Below, piece by piece: positions 10,720-23,987 of a stretch of DNA of 64,000 nucleotides. The translations under genes were made by a program, and so were the position numbers. Source of the DNA: an uncultured Rhodospirillales bacterium (lineage in GTDB: Bacteria; Pseudomonadota; Alphaproteobacteria; RF32; CAG-239). The stretch's first letter is position 1, and each line of letters opens with the position of its first letter. Location: assembly GCA_902763185.1 (NCBI GenBank), contig CACWQT010000009.1, forward strand, positions 442 through 64,441, written 5' to 3'. A model generated the notes under the pieces. That model ran no database searches. It had not been told where the DNA came from and worked only from the letters and a program-made list of their open reading frames with translations.

Positions 10720-10950
10720 ATGAGCAATATTATTAATATTGAAGATGTTAAATTAGACGATTCTGAAAGACAACCTTGCGAAGTATATACCAGAGTTATG
10801 GGATATATTCGTCCGACTACAGAATTCAACGTTGGTAAAAAGGGCGAATTCAATTCCAGAGTATGCTTCTGCGAAGATAAAGCTGTTATGGGTTGCGAAG
10901 CACGTGAGTGTGTTTGCAAGACTGAAACAATGGCATTGGCAGCAGAATAA
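10720..10950 (+). CDS. Stand-alone glycyl-radical subunit of the split class III RNR
   Basis: CEVYTRVMGYIRP glycyl-radical motif, with its own GGGAGA RBS before ATG 10720. Confidence 0.88.
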   Translation: MSNIINIEDVKLDDSERQPCEVYTRVMGYIRPTTEFNVGKKGEFNSRVCFCEDKAVMGCEARECVCKTETMALAAE

Positions 10951-10985
10951 AATTTATTTTAATTTAGTAACTTTTTGGTTGTTAA

Positions 10986-11687
10986 ATGAGCTTAATTAGA
11001 ATCGGCGGTATTGAGAGATTCAGTATCGTCGATTTTCCAAATCAGATGGCCGCTGTTGTTTTTATGCAGGGGTGTCCGTGGCGGTGTCCTTTTTGTCATA
11101 ATGCACATTTGCAAGACGTTAATGCCGAAACTAATATTTCTTGGAATAAATTTGTAGATTTTCTTAAACAGAGAAAAGGGGTATTAGATGCCGTGGTTTT
11201 CTCCGGCGGAGAGCCTTTGGTGCAACAAGGTCTTAAAGATGCTATTGAGGAAGTCAAAGATTTGGGTTATAAGATAGGGCTCCATACCGGCGGCTATTTA
11301 CCGGAGCATTTTAAGGCTGTTTTAGAGCTTGTAGATTGGGTCGGATTTGACATTAAAGCTCCTTTAGAAGCTACCCGTTATAAAGAGATAACAGGGGGCA
11401 TTGCAGATGTTAAAAAAGTTAAAGAGTGTTTGCAAATTTTATGCGACTCCCAAAAAGATTTTGAGTGTCGGACAACATGTGATCCGCGCTTTTTAAGCAT
11501 TGAAGACATATATACGATCGCCGATACATTAAAAGGTATGGGGGTTAAAGAATATTACTTACAAAAATATCGGCGGATTCCAAGTGACACGGATACCAGT
11601 GAAGGGCAATGCTTGGCATTGGTTGAAAATGATGAGCTTAATGAATATTTGAAAAACACGTTTGATATTTTTGATGTTCGGAAATAG
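10986..11687 (+). CDS. nrdG: Anaerobic RNR activating radical-SAM enzyme
   Basis: GCPWRCPFCHN (CxxxCxxC) and FSGGEP, adjacent to nrdD. Confidence 0.93.
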   Translation: MSLIRIGGIERFSIVDFPNQMAAVVFMQGCPWRCPFCHNAHLQDVNAETNISWNKFVDFLKQRKGVLDAVVFSGGEPLVQQGLKDAIEEVKDLGYKIGLHTGGYLPEHFKAVLELVDWVGFDIKAPLEATRYKEITGGIADVKKVKECLQILCDSQKDFECRTTCDPRFLSIEDIYTIADTLKGMGVKEYYLQKYRRIPSDTDTSEGQCLALVENDELNEYLKNTFDIFDVRK

Positions 11688-11822
11688 TAAATCTTTTTAA
11701 GTAAAAGGAGCTTTCTATTATTTGTAGATGGCTCTTTTTTGTTGATAACCTTGCAATTTGCGGGATTTTTTGTTTGCTAAAAAATATGGGTGTGCTATAT
11801 AGTTAAAAGATAAGTAATTTAA

Positions 11823-14279
<2,457 letters not shown>

Positions 14280-14300
14280 GGTAAATTATAGTTTCAAAAT

Positions 14301-14326
14301 AAAAGGGCGCTTTGGGCGCCCTTTTT
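14301..14326. terminator. Bidirectional terminator after gyrB
   Basis: AAAAGGGCGC-TTTGG-GCGCCCTTTTT. Confidence 0.8.
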
Positions 14327-14342
14327 GATGTGATAAAGATTA

Positions 14343-14717
14343 TCAATAAATGGATCTTTTAACAAAGAAATAAACCATTCCTAAAACTAAAGCAAAACAG
14401 ATAAAAGCTAAAAATTTGCTCTTTTCATAATTTTTATATGTCTTCCACATACCGATTACACAAATCGCCGAATATGCTATTAAAGTTAAAAATAATGCAG
14501 TATAGCAACAAAAATACGGTAAAGTGGTTGCATTATTGTGAACAAAAGAAAAACTTGACACAGCAACGCTTAAAAAGCTTTTATCATAGTTAACGGATTG
14601 TAACAGTTTTATGTGGAATAAGTTGGTTAAGAAACCAATGACTGTTAATCCTAAAACAGAGAACTTCCAAAAAGCCTCAGATAAAGAGCATTGTCCATAA
14701 AAAAAACGTCCAAGCAT
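14343..14717 (-). CDS. Hypothetical membrane protein (3 TM)
   Basis: Hydrophobic segments and AGGAG RBS. Confidence 0.7.
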   Translation of the reverse strand: MLGRFFYGQCSLSEAFWKFSVLGLTVIGFLTNLFHIKLLQSVNYDKSFLSVAVSSFSFVHNNATTLPYFCCYTALFLTLIAYSAICVIGMWKTYKNYEKSKFLAFICFALVLGMVYFFVKRSIY

Positions 14718-14745
14718 GATTTACTCCTTAAATTGTAGGGTTGTA

Positions 14746-16473
14746 TTAAAAGTAACTTACAATATTTTTGTATTTCTTCAAGCCTAATTTTTTCTTGGTT
14801 GCGGAAATATATTCGTGCAGTTCATTCCATTCCGTGTTTGCTTCAATATAGCGACGGGCTTTTTCGGGCGATTTTGATAGTTGAATATCTATCACTTTGG
14901 TTAAAAGCTCATAAATTGTCGGGCTTATTTTTTCAAACACGATGTGGAGCAACTTATTTTCATCAAAGAAAATTGCGCCGGTTTTGAGTAAGGCATTGAA
15001 TTCAATTAAATCAACAATTTTATAAGTTTCAGTCGGGAATATCGGTTTTGCCGGCAGCAACAATCGTTTGGTAATCCACGAAGTGTAGATTTTCTTTAGC
15101 TGCTCTTCGGTGATAATCCCTTGTTTAACATACTCCGGCATAAAGGATATAGATACCGAATCGGCTTTGTTTTCTTCAATAATTGATTTGCAAATGCCGG
15201 GGGAATTTTGGTATTCGCTGGTCGGGCCTAAAGTATGACCGTTTTCATGACCGATAACAAAAATGTGATCTGCATCCAAGTCATAGTATTTATGAAAATC
15301 AGGATGAAGAAAAGTGTTTAAATATTTTTGCGTTCTTTTGGTATCTTGGCTTAAGCGGACTTGGCGGTGATATACATTGCGTCTGCCGCCGCCGGTTTTA
15401 ACAGCCAATTTATCATTGTTGGGTAGGTTTTGTGCAACGGTTATTCCGCCACGGCATTGAGCATAATCTCCGGTTAATGCGGCTAAATCAACATCAACCA
15501 TATTTTGGTTAAGTTTTTTGGTAGAACTGATAGATTGTGTATATTTATTAGCAAAAGGCATTAAGCTACTTAGTTTGGGCATTGTATCCTTAAAGCTCAG
15601 CAATAGTTTAGTGCCTTCTTGATTAACAATGCCGACGCGCGCACCAAGCATATCTTTGGCGATGACTTCAATGTTATGTTGGCGGATAAGTGCGGTTAGT
15701 TCTTTATTTTCCCAAACAGTCGGCGTTAATTCGTCATCATAATTTTCACGGCTTATAGTAAATTCCAACGGGGTGTCTTGCATCATGGCCCAGTGTTTGT
15801 CCGCAAGCATGTCCATGTCCAGATTATTTTGTAAGAGAGCTTGCGCCTGCCAAGATAAAAATTCTTTGAATAAGTCATTGGTGCAATAGTGGGCGGCAAC
15901 TTCAAGTTCATTTGCCATTTCTGAAAATTCGTCTTTAAAGTATTCGGTATAGTCAATGGCTTTTAGTTTGTTTTTATCACGTCTGACCATAGTGCGCGCA
16001 GAAAGAATCTGGGCGATTTCTTTAATTTCCCCTGCCTTGAACATTTTTAATAGAATTTGATGAAATTCCGTAACGCTTAAATCTTCAGGATAAAAGTTTT
16101 TGCCAGCAGGCGTAGTTAAACCCTTAAATACGGTAATCGGTTCATGGTCAATACCGTTAAGTCCGGCAACACCGTTTAGGGAATTAAATAATTTAAGAGA
16201 TAGTGTTGCGCGTTCATCACCGGCTTTTGAGGCGTCAATCAAAGCCTGTTTTTGAGCTAAATTTAGGGAATTGTCTTGCTCCAACGCAACATTATTTAAT
16301 ATCTGTGCGGCTTTAACCAAATGCTTTAGTGCTTTTTTATCTCCTTCATCTAAGGCAATATAAGCCGGAAACTTTTTAGAGATGAGCGTGATTTTGCTTG
16401 TTTCTTTGCCGGTCATCTTTTTTAGTTCTTTTATGGAGTAATTTAATTTGTAACCGTTATATGTCTTCATCAT
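14746..16473 (-). CDS. Peptidase M49 (dipeptidyl-peptidase III-like, HExxH type)
   Basis: GKNFYP, AQNLPN, GHENGHTLGP, EENKAD. Confidence 0.8.
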   Translation of the reverse strand: MMKTYNGYKLNYSIKELKKMTGKETSKITLISKKFPAYIALDEGDKKALKHLVKAAQILNNVALEQDNSLNLAQKQALIDASKAGDERATLSLKLFNSLNGVAGLNGIDHEPITVFKGLTTPAGKNFYPEDLSVTEFHQILLKMFKAGEIKEIAQILSARTMVRRDKNKLKAIDYTEYFKDEFSEMANELEVAAHYCTNDLFKEFLSWQAQALLQNNLDMDMLADKHWAMMQDTPLEFTISRENYDDELTPTVWENKELTALIRQHNIEVIAKDMLGARVGIVNQEGTKLLLSFKDTMPKLSSLMPFANKYTQSISSTKKLNQNMVDVDLAALTGDYAQCRGGITVAQNLPNNDKLAVKTGGGRRNVYHRQVRLSQDTKRTQKYLNTFLHPDFHKYYDLDADHIFVIGHENGHTLGPTSEYQNSPGICKSIIEENKADSVSISFMPEYVKQGIITEEQLKKIYTSWITKRLLLPAKPIFPTETYKIVDLIEFNALLKTGAIFFDENKLLHIVFEKISPTIYELLTKVIDIQLSKSPEKARRYIEANTEWNELHEYISATKKKLGLKKYKNIVSYF

Positions 16474-17536
16474 GGGTAATCTCCTTTATTTTGATTTTAT
16501 AAAAATACATATCAGGTGCATCAAACAGCGGATTGATGCCTGTTTTTTCTTTTAGTATATAAAACGCTTTCAGAGGGTTGTCCAGTAATTTAATATCTTC
16601 AGGAAGTAAAAGAGCGTTGCGGCTCTGATATACAAAACGAAGCCCTTCGTCTTTATTAAATCGGGTAGCGGTTTGAGGTGTCGTTTTCATATCGGAAGTT
16701 AAAAGGTAGACTTTATTTATAGTGTCTTCTTTGGGTAAATCAGCTTTGGCATTGATTATGTTTTGCTTGAGCGAAACGGTTGTATCAAGCGCGCAAGATA
16801 AATTGTTTTCTTTTGTTTTCAGGCACAAACGGATGTTTTGTAAAAAGAGGTTTTGGCTTGTAAAAGGCGGTTCTTTATTTAAGAAAACAAAATCTTTTAG
16901 GATGCGTTCATGTGTTGAGATAAATGATTGCAAATTTTGGCTTTCTTCTTCCAATGTATTTTCGGGGCGCGGTAATGGGGGAAAGGTATTTTTTATAAAA
17001 TTCTTAAGGGCGGGAATTTCTTGTATTTTTTTAGTGTGTTTGTAGTTTAGAGTGCGTGGAAAGAGCTTGTTTTTTATAATATGCTGAGCGGCAATTTTTG
17101 TGTCGTTTGCTATAATAACATCAGGTGCGTTTGCGGTGGAATTAAATTCAGCTTGCGGCAGAAAAATTTTTATGAGGTTTCGCAGAGAATCGTTTTCACT
17201 TATGTTTGGCGCAAGGATAATGTTGTATTTTTGTTGTGGTAGTTTTGATAAGGCTAAAGCAATGGTGGTTGCATTTTCCTGATTAAATGTTTGGGGAATA
17301 ATAAGGGCAGCGGTATTATTTTTTTTATCGGTAAAGAGGTAAACAATATCGGCGTTGTTATACCATAAATTGAGATGCTTGATTGATTGGTAATCTGTAA
17401 GAGATTGGTCAGAATGGTTAAGAGAGGTGTTAAATTGCCATAAATTGAGGGTAATAAAAAACAGACTAAACAGGATAAGGAGCAATCTTCTTATCTTTTT
17501 TTGTCTTTCCTTTTTTTTATCTACATAGATGAGCAT
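16457..17536 (-). CDS. Membrane-anchored protein with a degenerate C-terminal AMMECR1-like domain
   Basis: N-terminal TM. DEGLRF..RNALLLPE..LKEKTGI resembles the AMMECR1 GLxL..xLPxV..LKxKAG pattern. Confidence 0.5.
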   Translation of the reverse strand: MLIYVDKKKERQKKIRRLLLILFSLFFITLNLWQFNTSLNHSDQSLTDYQSIKHLNLWYNNADIVYLFTDKKNNTAALIIPQTFNQENATTIALALSKLPQQKYNIILAPNISENDSLRNLIKIFLPQAEFNSTANAPDVIIANDTKIAAQHIIKNKLFPRTLNYKHTKKIQEIPALKNFIKNTFPPLPRPENTLEEESQNLQSFISTHERILKDFVFLNKEPPFTSQNLFLQNIRLCLKTKENNLSCALDTTVSLKQNIINAKADLPKEDTINKVYLLTSDMKTTPQTATRFNKDEGLRFVYQSRNALLLPEDIKLLDNPLKAFYILKEKTGINPLFDAPDMYFYKIKIKEITHDEDI

Positions 17537-17539
17537 TTT

Positions 17540-18172
17540 CTACCTCTTGGGGCATTTGATGCCACATTTTTCCATATTGGCGCGAGATAATTTTATAATT
17601 GCGTTTTCTAAATCAGTGAGAATCGGTTCATCTATTTCTTTGATAAGGGGTTTCTTCTGGGAGGCCATTTTATAATATTGTGCGCCGTTTTCACATAATT
17701 TCCAATAGCGCACATCTCCGTCTTTATACTGATTGGCTTGTAAGTTTGCTTCTAATTTATCAAGGGCAGAGATGATTTTTGCCTCTATGGTTTTCTTTTT
17801 TTCATATTCTTGGTAAAGAGCATAAATTTTTTTGTTTAACGGAAAAGGGAGCAATCCTTTCAGTTCGTTTATTGCCAAAGTTTCTTTTTTTTGTTTTTCA
17901 ACTTTTAATTCCGGATGTGTGAGCTGATTTGCAGCAGTATAGTCTCCGGTTTTCCCTTCGGCGATGTCATGAACGAGGGCCAGCTCCAACATTTTGGTAT
18001 AGTTAACCGGTGTTTTCAGATATGGGGCGATGAGCATTACTAAAAAGGAAAGCTTGAAAATATGCATGGCATCATTTTCTTCAGAGCCATCAAAAAGCAG
18101 TAAATCTCTCTTAACGACACAAACTTCTTCTAATGCTCGCATAAAATTGATAATTTTATCAATTCTTTTCAT
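17540..18172 (-). CDS. HD-domain phosphohydrolase (YfbR/HDDC2-like)
   Basis: ENDAMH, ALVHDIAE..TGD, ALDKLE. Confidence 0.88.
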   Translation of the reverse strand: MKRIDKIINFMRALEEVCVVKRDLLLFDGSEENDAMHIFKLSFLVMLIAPYLKTPVNYTKMLELALVHDIAEGKTGDYTAANQLTHPELKVEKQKKETLAINELKGLLPFPLNKKIYALYQEYEKKKTIEAKIISALDKLEANLQANQYKDGDVRYWKLCENGAQYYKMASQKKPLIKEIDEPILTDLENAIIKLSRANMEKCGIKCPKR

Positions 18173-18191
18173 CGCTTTCCTTTAGATTTGA

Positions 18192-19484
18192 TTATTTTGC
18201 ATTTTTGCCGATAAACTTTTTACCACCCATATATGGTTGCAAAGCCGTAGGAATTGCGATAGAACCATCGGCTTGTAAATTGTTTTCCAAAAAGGCAATT
18301 AACATACGCGGCGGTGCAACAACCGTATTATTTAGCGTGTATGCAAAATACTTTTTGCCATTTTTACCGGCAACGCGAATTTTCAATCGGCGTGCCTGCG
18401 CATCACCTAAAGTGGAGCAAGAGCCTACTTCAAAATATTTCTTTTGTCGTGGCGACCATGCTTCTACATCGCATGATTTGACTTTTAAATCAGCTAAATC
18501 ACCAGAGCAGCACTCTAAAGTGCGTACCGGAATGTCTAATGTGCGGAAGAAATCAACGGTATTTTGCCATAATTTATTATACCATGTCATGTGGTCTTCC
18601 GGTTTGCAAATAACAATCATTTCCTGCTTTTCAAATTGGTGAATCCGATATACACCGCGTTCTTCTATGCCGTGAGCACCTTTTTCTTTGCGAAAACATG
18701 GTGAGTAACTGGTTAAGGTATAGGGCAATTCTTCTTCGGGGATAATTTGGTCAATAAATTTACCAATCATTGAGTGCTCTGATGTGCCGATTAAATATAA
18801 GTCTTCGCCTTCAATCTTATACATCATTGCATCCATTTCGGCAAAGCTCATTACACCGTCAACGACTTGAGAACGTATCATATAAGGGGGCACACAATAT
18901 GTGAAGCCTCTGTCAATCATAAAATCTCTGGCGTAGGATAGAACTGCCGAGTGTAAACGAGCTATATCGCCTTTTAGGTAATAGAAACCGTTTCCGGCAA
19001 CACGACGTGCGCTATCCAGGTCAATACCATTTAAGGATTCCATTATTTCGGTATGATAGGGAACGGTAAAATCAGGAACTTTGGGCTCACCAAAACGCTC
19101 TATTTCTACGTTTTCAGAATCATCTTTGCCCACAGGAACGGATGCGTCAATGATGTTGGGAATAATCATCATACGCTGTTTAATTTCATCTTGCAGCTTT
19201 TCCTGAGATGCTTCAAGTTCTATTATTCTATCACCAATTTTTTGGCTTTCTGCTTTAATGGCTTCTGCTTCATCTTTCTTATTTGCGCTCATCAGTGCAC
19301 CGATTTGTTTGGATATGTTGGTTCTTTGAGCGCGCAAAGCCTCTATTTCGGTAATGGCGGCACGATTTTTTTTATCTAAATCAATTACTTCATCAACTAA
19401 AGGTAATTTTTTATTTTGGAATTTCTTTTTTATATTTTCTCGAACAATATCGGGATTTTCCCGTATTAACTTTATATCTATCAT
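18192..19484 (-). CDS. serS: Serine--tRNA ligase (Clostridia-like type)
   Basis: GTSEH, CFRKE, RIHQFEK, EVGSCS, TLNNT. Start placed at MIDIKLIREN. Confidence 0.97.
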   Translation of the reverse strand: MIDIKLIRENPDIVRENIKKKFQNKKLPLVDEVIDLDKKNRAAITEIEALRAQRTNISKQIGALMSANKKDEAEAIKAESQKIGDRIIELEASQEKLQDEIKQRMMIIPNIIDASVPVGKDDSENVEIERFGEPKVPDFTVPYHTEIMESLNGIDLDSARRVAGNGFYYLKGDIARLHSAVLSYARDFMIDRGFTYCVPPYMIRSQVVDGVMSFAEMDAMMYKIEGEDLYLIGTSEHSMIGKFIDQIIPEEELPYTLTSYSPCFRKEKGAHGIEERGVYRIHQFEKQEMIVICKPEDHMTWYNKLWQNTVDFFRTLDIPVRTLECCSGDLADLKVKSCDVEAWSPRQKKYFEVGSCSTLGDAQARRLKIRVAGKNGKKYFAYTLNNTVVAPPRMLIAFLENNLQADGSIAIPTALQPYMGGKKFIGKNAK

Positions 19485-19580
19485 ATAGCCGCTCCTTTTA
19501 CTCAATTAATTGTTTCATAATTGATACACTAAATAAAATTAAAAACAATAGAAAAGTGCAAGACAAGCACAAACAAAGAG

Positions 19581-19982
19581 CTATTTGTTTTTGCTTCGGA
19601 GTGCTTTTTCGCGTGCTTTCTGAGCCTTTTCGGAAATGGTCTCTTTTTTAGTTTGTGCTTTTGGAGCTGACGGCTGTTCATTTTTTAGGGCGGCAGCATA
19701 AGTGCGAATGATTTCGCTTTCGTCACCAGTTGTTTCGGTGTATTTAATTTCACAAACATAGAGTTGTTTAATTTTGCTTAATTTATGGATGGCTTCTACA
19801 TCAAGTCCGGCAACAAGTATAATATCTTCTTTGGTGCGATTAAGTTTTAATACGCCGCCTAATTGGTTTAGTGAAAAAGTAGCGTTACGAGGTGCCGGTT
19901 CTTTGGCGTAGATTAATATCATTATTTCGCCTTTATTGTTTTCCACTAGTTCATATACATCACGCGGAGAAATTTTGCTCAT
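19581..19982 (-). CDS. Hypothetical protein
   Basis: 133 aa ORF with AAGGA RBS. Confidence 0.7.
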   Translation of the reverse strand: MSKISPRDVYELVENNKGEIMILIYAKEPAPRNATFSLNQLGGVLKLNRTKEDIILVAGLDVEAIHKLSKIKQLYVCEIKYTETTGDESEIIRTYAAALKNEQPSAPKAQTKKETISEKAQKAREKALRSKNK

Positions 19983-20128
19983 GATCTTTTCCTTAGTTTG
20001 CTCTAATTTCTTTAGAGAGTAAGGGATAATTATTTAAGAATCCGTTTAATTTGGTAAAAATAATATTTCAGAGTGATGAAAAAGAGATAACTTGCCAGAA
20101 AAAGCACTTTAAAATATCAAATAATGTC

Positions 20129-20158
20129 TTGACATCTAGTGATAAAAACATTTATATA
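20129..20158 (+). promoter_or_regulatory. Sigma70-like promoter for secE-nusG
   Basis: TTGACA-N17/18-(T)TATATA. Confidence 0.55.
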
Positions 20159-20226
20159 TTCCTAACGTTTAACGGCAATTAAACTTTGATTGCCTCTCGT
20201 GTAATTTTATTTAAATGGTTAGAGTT

Positions 20227-20418
20227 ATGGTGAAAACAAGTCCGATACAATTTTTTAGGCAAGTTAAACAAGAAGTTAAAAAGGTTACATGGCCTTCAAA
20301 AAAAGATGTTATGCGTGCAACGATTATGGTTATGATAATTGTAGCTATCGCGTCAACGTTATTCTTTTTTGTAGATATGTTTTTCGGCGCCATAGTCAGT
20401 GCCATATTCAAATATTAG
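20227..20418 (+). CDS. secE: Preprotein translocase subunit SecE
   Basis: FFRQVKQEVKKVTWPS plus one TM, upstream of nusG. Confidence 0.95.
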   Translation: MVKTSPIQFFRQVKQEVKKVTWPSKKDVMRATIMVMIIVAIASTLFFFVDMFFGAIVSAIFKY

Positions 20419-20428
20419 GAGTTTTTAG

Positions 20429-20962
20429 ATGACTGCACGTTGGTATGTTGTTAATGTTTATTCCGGCTCAGAGAAAAAAGTTGCGGAATCTATTCGTGAA
20501 CAGGCTGTTTTGAAAAAAATGGATGATCGCATTTTAGAGGTCTTGGTACCGACAGAACAAGTTGTTGAAGTGCGCAAAGGGCAGAAAGTCAATGCAGAAC
20601 ATAAGTTCTTTCCGGGATATATTTTGGTTAAAATGGAAATGAGTGAAGATGCTTGGCATGTGGTTAAAGATACGCCTCGTGTCAGCGGCTTTTTGGGTAG
20701 CCATAACAAACCGCAACCGATTACCGAACGTGAAGTTAAGCGTATTATGGAACAAATTGAAGAGGGAATTGAACGTCCGACAACACAAGTTTACTTTGAG
20801 GTAGGCGAGCAAGTTCGGGTTAATGATGGTCCGTTTGCTTCGTTTGTCGGTGTGGTTGAAGAAGTAGATACCGAGAAATCTCGTTTGAAGGTTTCTGTTT
20901 CTATTTTCGGGCGTTATACACCGGTTGATTTGGAATTTAATCAAGTAGAAAAAGTATCTTAA
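20429..20962 (+). CDS. nusG: Transcription termination/antitermination factor NusG
   Basis: WYVVNVYSGSE, FFPGY and KOW motif GPFASF. Confidence 0.98.
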   Translation: MTARWYVVNVYSGSEKKVAESIREQAVLKKMDDRILEVLVPTEQVVEVRKGQKVNAEHKFFPGYILVKMEMSEDAWHVVKDTPRVSGFLGSHNKPQPITEREVKRIMEQIEEGIERPTTQVYFEVGEQVRVNDGPFASFVGVVEEVDTEKSRLKVSVSIFGRYTPVDLEFNQVEKVS

Positions 20963-20986
20963 TTTCTTGATTGATAAGTTAAAAAT

Positions 20987-21011
20987 AAGGACGTCGTTAG
21001 GCGTCCTTTTT
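20987..21011 (+). terminator. Terminator after nusG, overlapping the 3' end of the convergent HD gene
   Basis: AAGGACGTC-GTTA-GGCGTCCTTTTT. Confidence 0.7.
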
Positions 21012-21809
21012 GTTTAGAATAAATTGGGTTATTTCCTGTTTAAATATTTTAGCATCAGACTTTTTCCAATAAGGGGAGAAAAATCTGAACAATTTTTCAA
21101 TAATTCCCAGTTTTTCCAAAAAAGTAAAAGAGCTTTGATAATTTACATCGTATATCCAAGCCATAATCAACAGAGCGTGGTCGGCAAAACTATGGATATC
21201 AGTTTTGTTAACGGAACGGTGCGCCATAAAATCTGTTAACGCTTTCGGTGTGATTGTTTTGTTATAGGGGGTAGCAAAATTATGCGGAACAAAAAAGACA
21301 CATTTCATTTGTGAAAAGTTTGTTGCTAGCAAATTGAAATTAGCAATTTTGTCGGCGTCACGGACTAAAAAGGCTATTTTTTGAATATGTTTTTGTTCGG
21401 TGGAAGATAGTTGTTGATAATCTTTATCTTCATATAGCCTTTCAATTAAATGTCCGTGGTGTTTGATGGGAAGTGTTACATCATTTTTGTTGAATAGGGG
21501 GTGATGAGCTAAAAATTCTGCACCGGCAACCCCATGGTCTATGCGATTACCCTTTTCTATTTCCAGTATTTCAGCGAACCGACTGACATCATGGAGCAAA
21601 ACAATAGCTTGGTAGTAACTGATTTCTTCTTTTGTGCATTTTGCAAAATACGGCTCGTGTCTTAAAATATATGTTCCGGCGCCTAAAACCTGATAGGAAT
21701 GTTTTATCTTTTCGTCCATAAAAGCTTTTTGATAGTCGGTGTGTGCCAAAGCGTATTTTTCTTGGTATTCGTGGTCTAGGATTTTTTTTGCTTCAATTAA
21801 ATAGGTCAT
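20997..21809 (-). CDS. HD-domain protein
   Basis: KIKHS, LLHDVSRF, DHG, VRDADK. Confidence 0.85.
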   Translation of the reverse strand: MTYLIEAKKILDHEYQEKYALAHTDYQKAFMDEKIKHSYQVLGAGTYILRHEPYFAKCTKEEISYYQAIVLLHDVSRFAEILEIEKGNRIDHGVAGAEFLAHHPLFNKNDVTLPIKHHGHLIERLYEDKDYQQLSSTEQKHIQKIAFLVRDADKIANFNLLATNFSQMKCVFFVPHNFATPYNKTITPKALTDFMAHRSVNKTDIHSFADHALLIMAWIYDVNYQSSFTFLEKLGIIEKLFRFFSPYWKKSDAKIFKQEITQFILNKKDA

Positions 21810-21863
21810 TTCTTCCTCTGATTTGTTTATAAAGAGTATAGTTCAAGAGGATAAATAAAACGT

Positions 21864-21897
21864 AAAAAAAGGAATTTCTTTTTAGAAATTCCTTTTT
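21864..21897. terminator. Terminator after rpsU
   Basis: AAAAAGGAATTTCT/AGAAATTCCTTTTT hairpin. Confidence 0.7.
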
Positions 21898-21917
21898 GAG
21901 TATCTATTAAATTCTTA

Positions 21918-22124
21918 TTAGAATCCTTCAGTATCTAAGCGCTTACGCAACTGTTTTCTGGATCTTCTGATAGCCTCAGCCTTGCGACGGGTCTTCTTTT
22001 CAGAATTCTTTTCATGACAACGGCGGAGCTTCATTTCACGGAAGATACCTTCACGTTGCATCTTCTTCTTTAATATTTTCAAAGATTGCGCTACGTCATT
22101 ACCAATAACAGTAACTTGAACCAC
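21918..22124 (-). CDS. rpsU: 30S ribosomal protein S21
   Basis: [18 protein letters not shown] start with GAGGTG RBS. Confidence 0.95.
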   Translation of the reverse strand: MVQVTVIGNDVAQSLKILKKKMQREGIFREMKLRRCHEKNSEKKTRRKAEAIRRSRKQLRKRLDTEGF

Positions 22125-22219
22125 TTAAATCACCTCTTTTCTTGTATCTAATTGTTAAAAGCTGGAGTCTTTATATCATACTTTTTTTAGATTGCAACAG
22201 AAAAACGCAAAAAAATTGT

Positions 22220-22564
22220 TTAGCTTTTGCGAAACTCTGCAACGCTGTTCCACATCTTTTCCAAATTATAAAATTCACGAACTTCAGGGCAAAAAATATG
22301 CACGATAACGTCAAAAGCATCAATTAAAACCCAATTTGCTTTTTCTTCACCTTCTGAAGAATTCGGATAACCGTTGTTTTTAAGTTCGGTTTTGAGTTTA
22401 TCGGCTAATGATGCAACATGGCGGTTAGATGTGCCGGAAGCAATAACCATAAAGTTTGCAATAGATGTTTTGCCTTTAAGGTCAATGGTGACAATATCTT
22501 GGGCTTTGTTATCGTCCAAAGTTTTTTCAATGAGTTCTAGTAATTTTTGGTCTGTATTCATCAT
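22220..22564 (-). CDS. rsfS: Ribosome silencing factor
   Basis: DDNKAQDI, IASGTSNRH, WVLID, FYNLEKMW. Confidence 0.95.
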   Translation of the reverse strand: MMNTDQKLLELIEKTLDDNKAQDIVTIDLKGKTSIANFMVIASGTSNRHVASLADKLKTELKNNGYPNSSEGEEKANWVLIDAFDVIVHIFCPEVREFYNLEKMWNSVAEFRKS

Positions 22565-22573
22565 TACTCCTTT

Positions 22574-23695
<1,122 letters not shown>

Positions 23696-23709
23696 TTATG
23701 CTTGTCAGA

Positions 23710-23967
23710 CTATTCTGCCGGAACAACAGAAACATAAGTTCTGTCATCGGCTTTGGTCTTGAATGCAACTTTACCTTCTGCTGTAGCAAAAATGGTGTGA
23801 TCTTTACCCATACCAACATTTTCGCCGGGGTGGAATTTTGTTCCGCGTTGACGAATAATGATGTTGCCGGAGATTACAGATTCACCGCCAAACTTCTTTA
23901 CACCTAAACGACGTCCGATAGAGTCGCGTCCGTTTGATGAGCTACCGCCTGATTTCTTATGTGCCAT
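23710..23967 (-). CDS. rpmA: 50S ribosomal protein L27
   Basis: [16 protein letters not shown]. Confidence 0.98.
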   Translation of the reverse strand: MAHKKSGGSSSNGRDSIGRRLGVKKFGGESVISGNIIIRQRGTKFHPGENVGMGKDHTIFATAEGKVAFKTKADDRTYVSVVPAE

Positions 23968-23987
23968 TTCTAATAACTCCTATTTTA

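Noticed and set aside
10680-10725. Programmed frameshift or readthrough joining nrdD to the small ORF
   Set aside because: A second in-frame stop follows the nrdD stop, and the small ORF has its own RBS.
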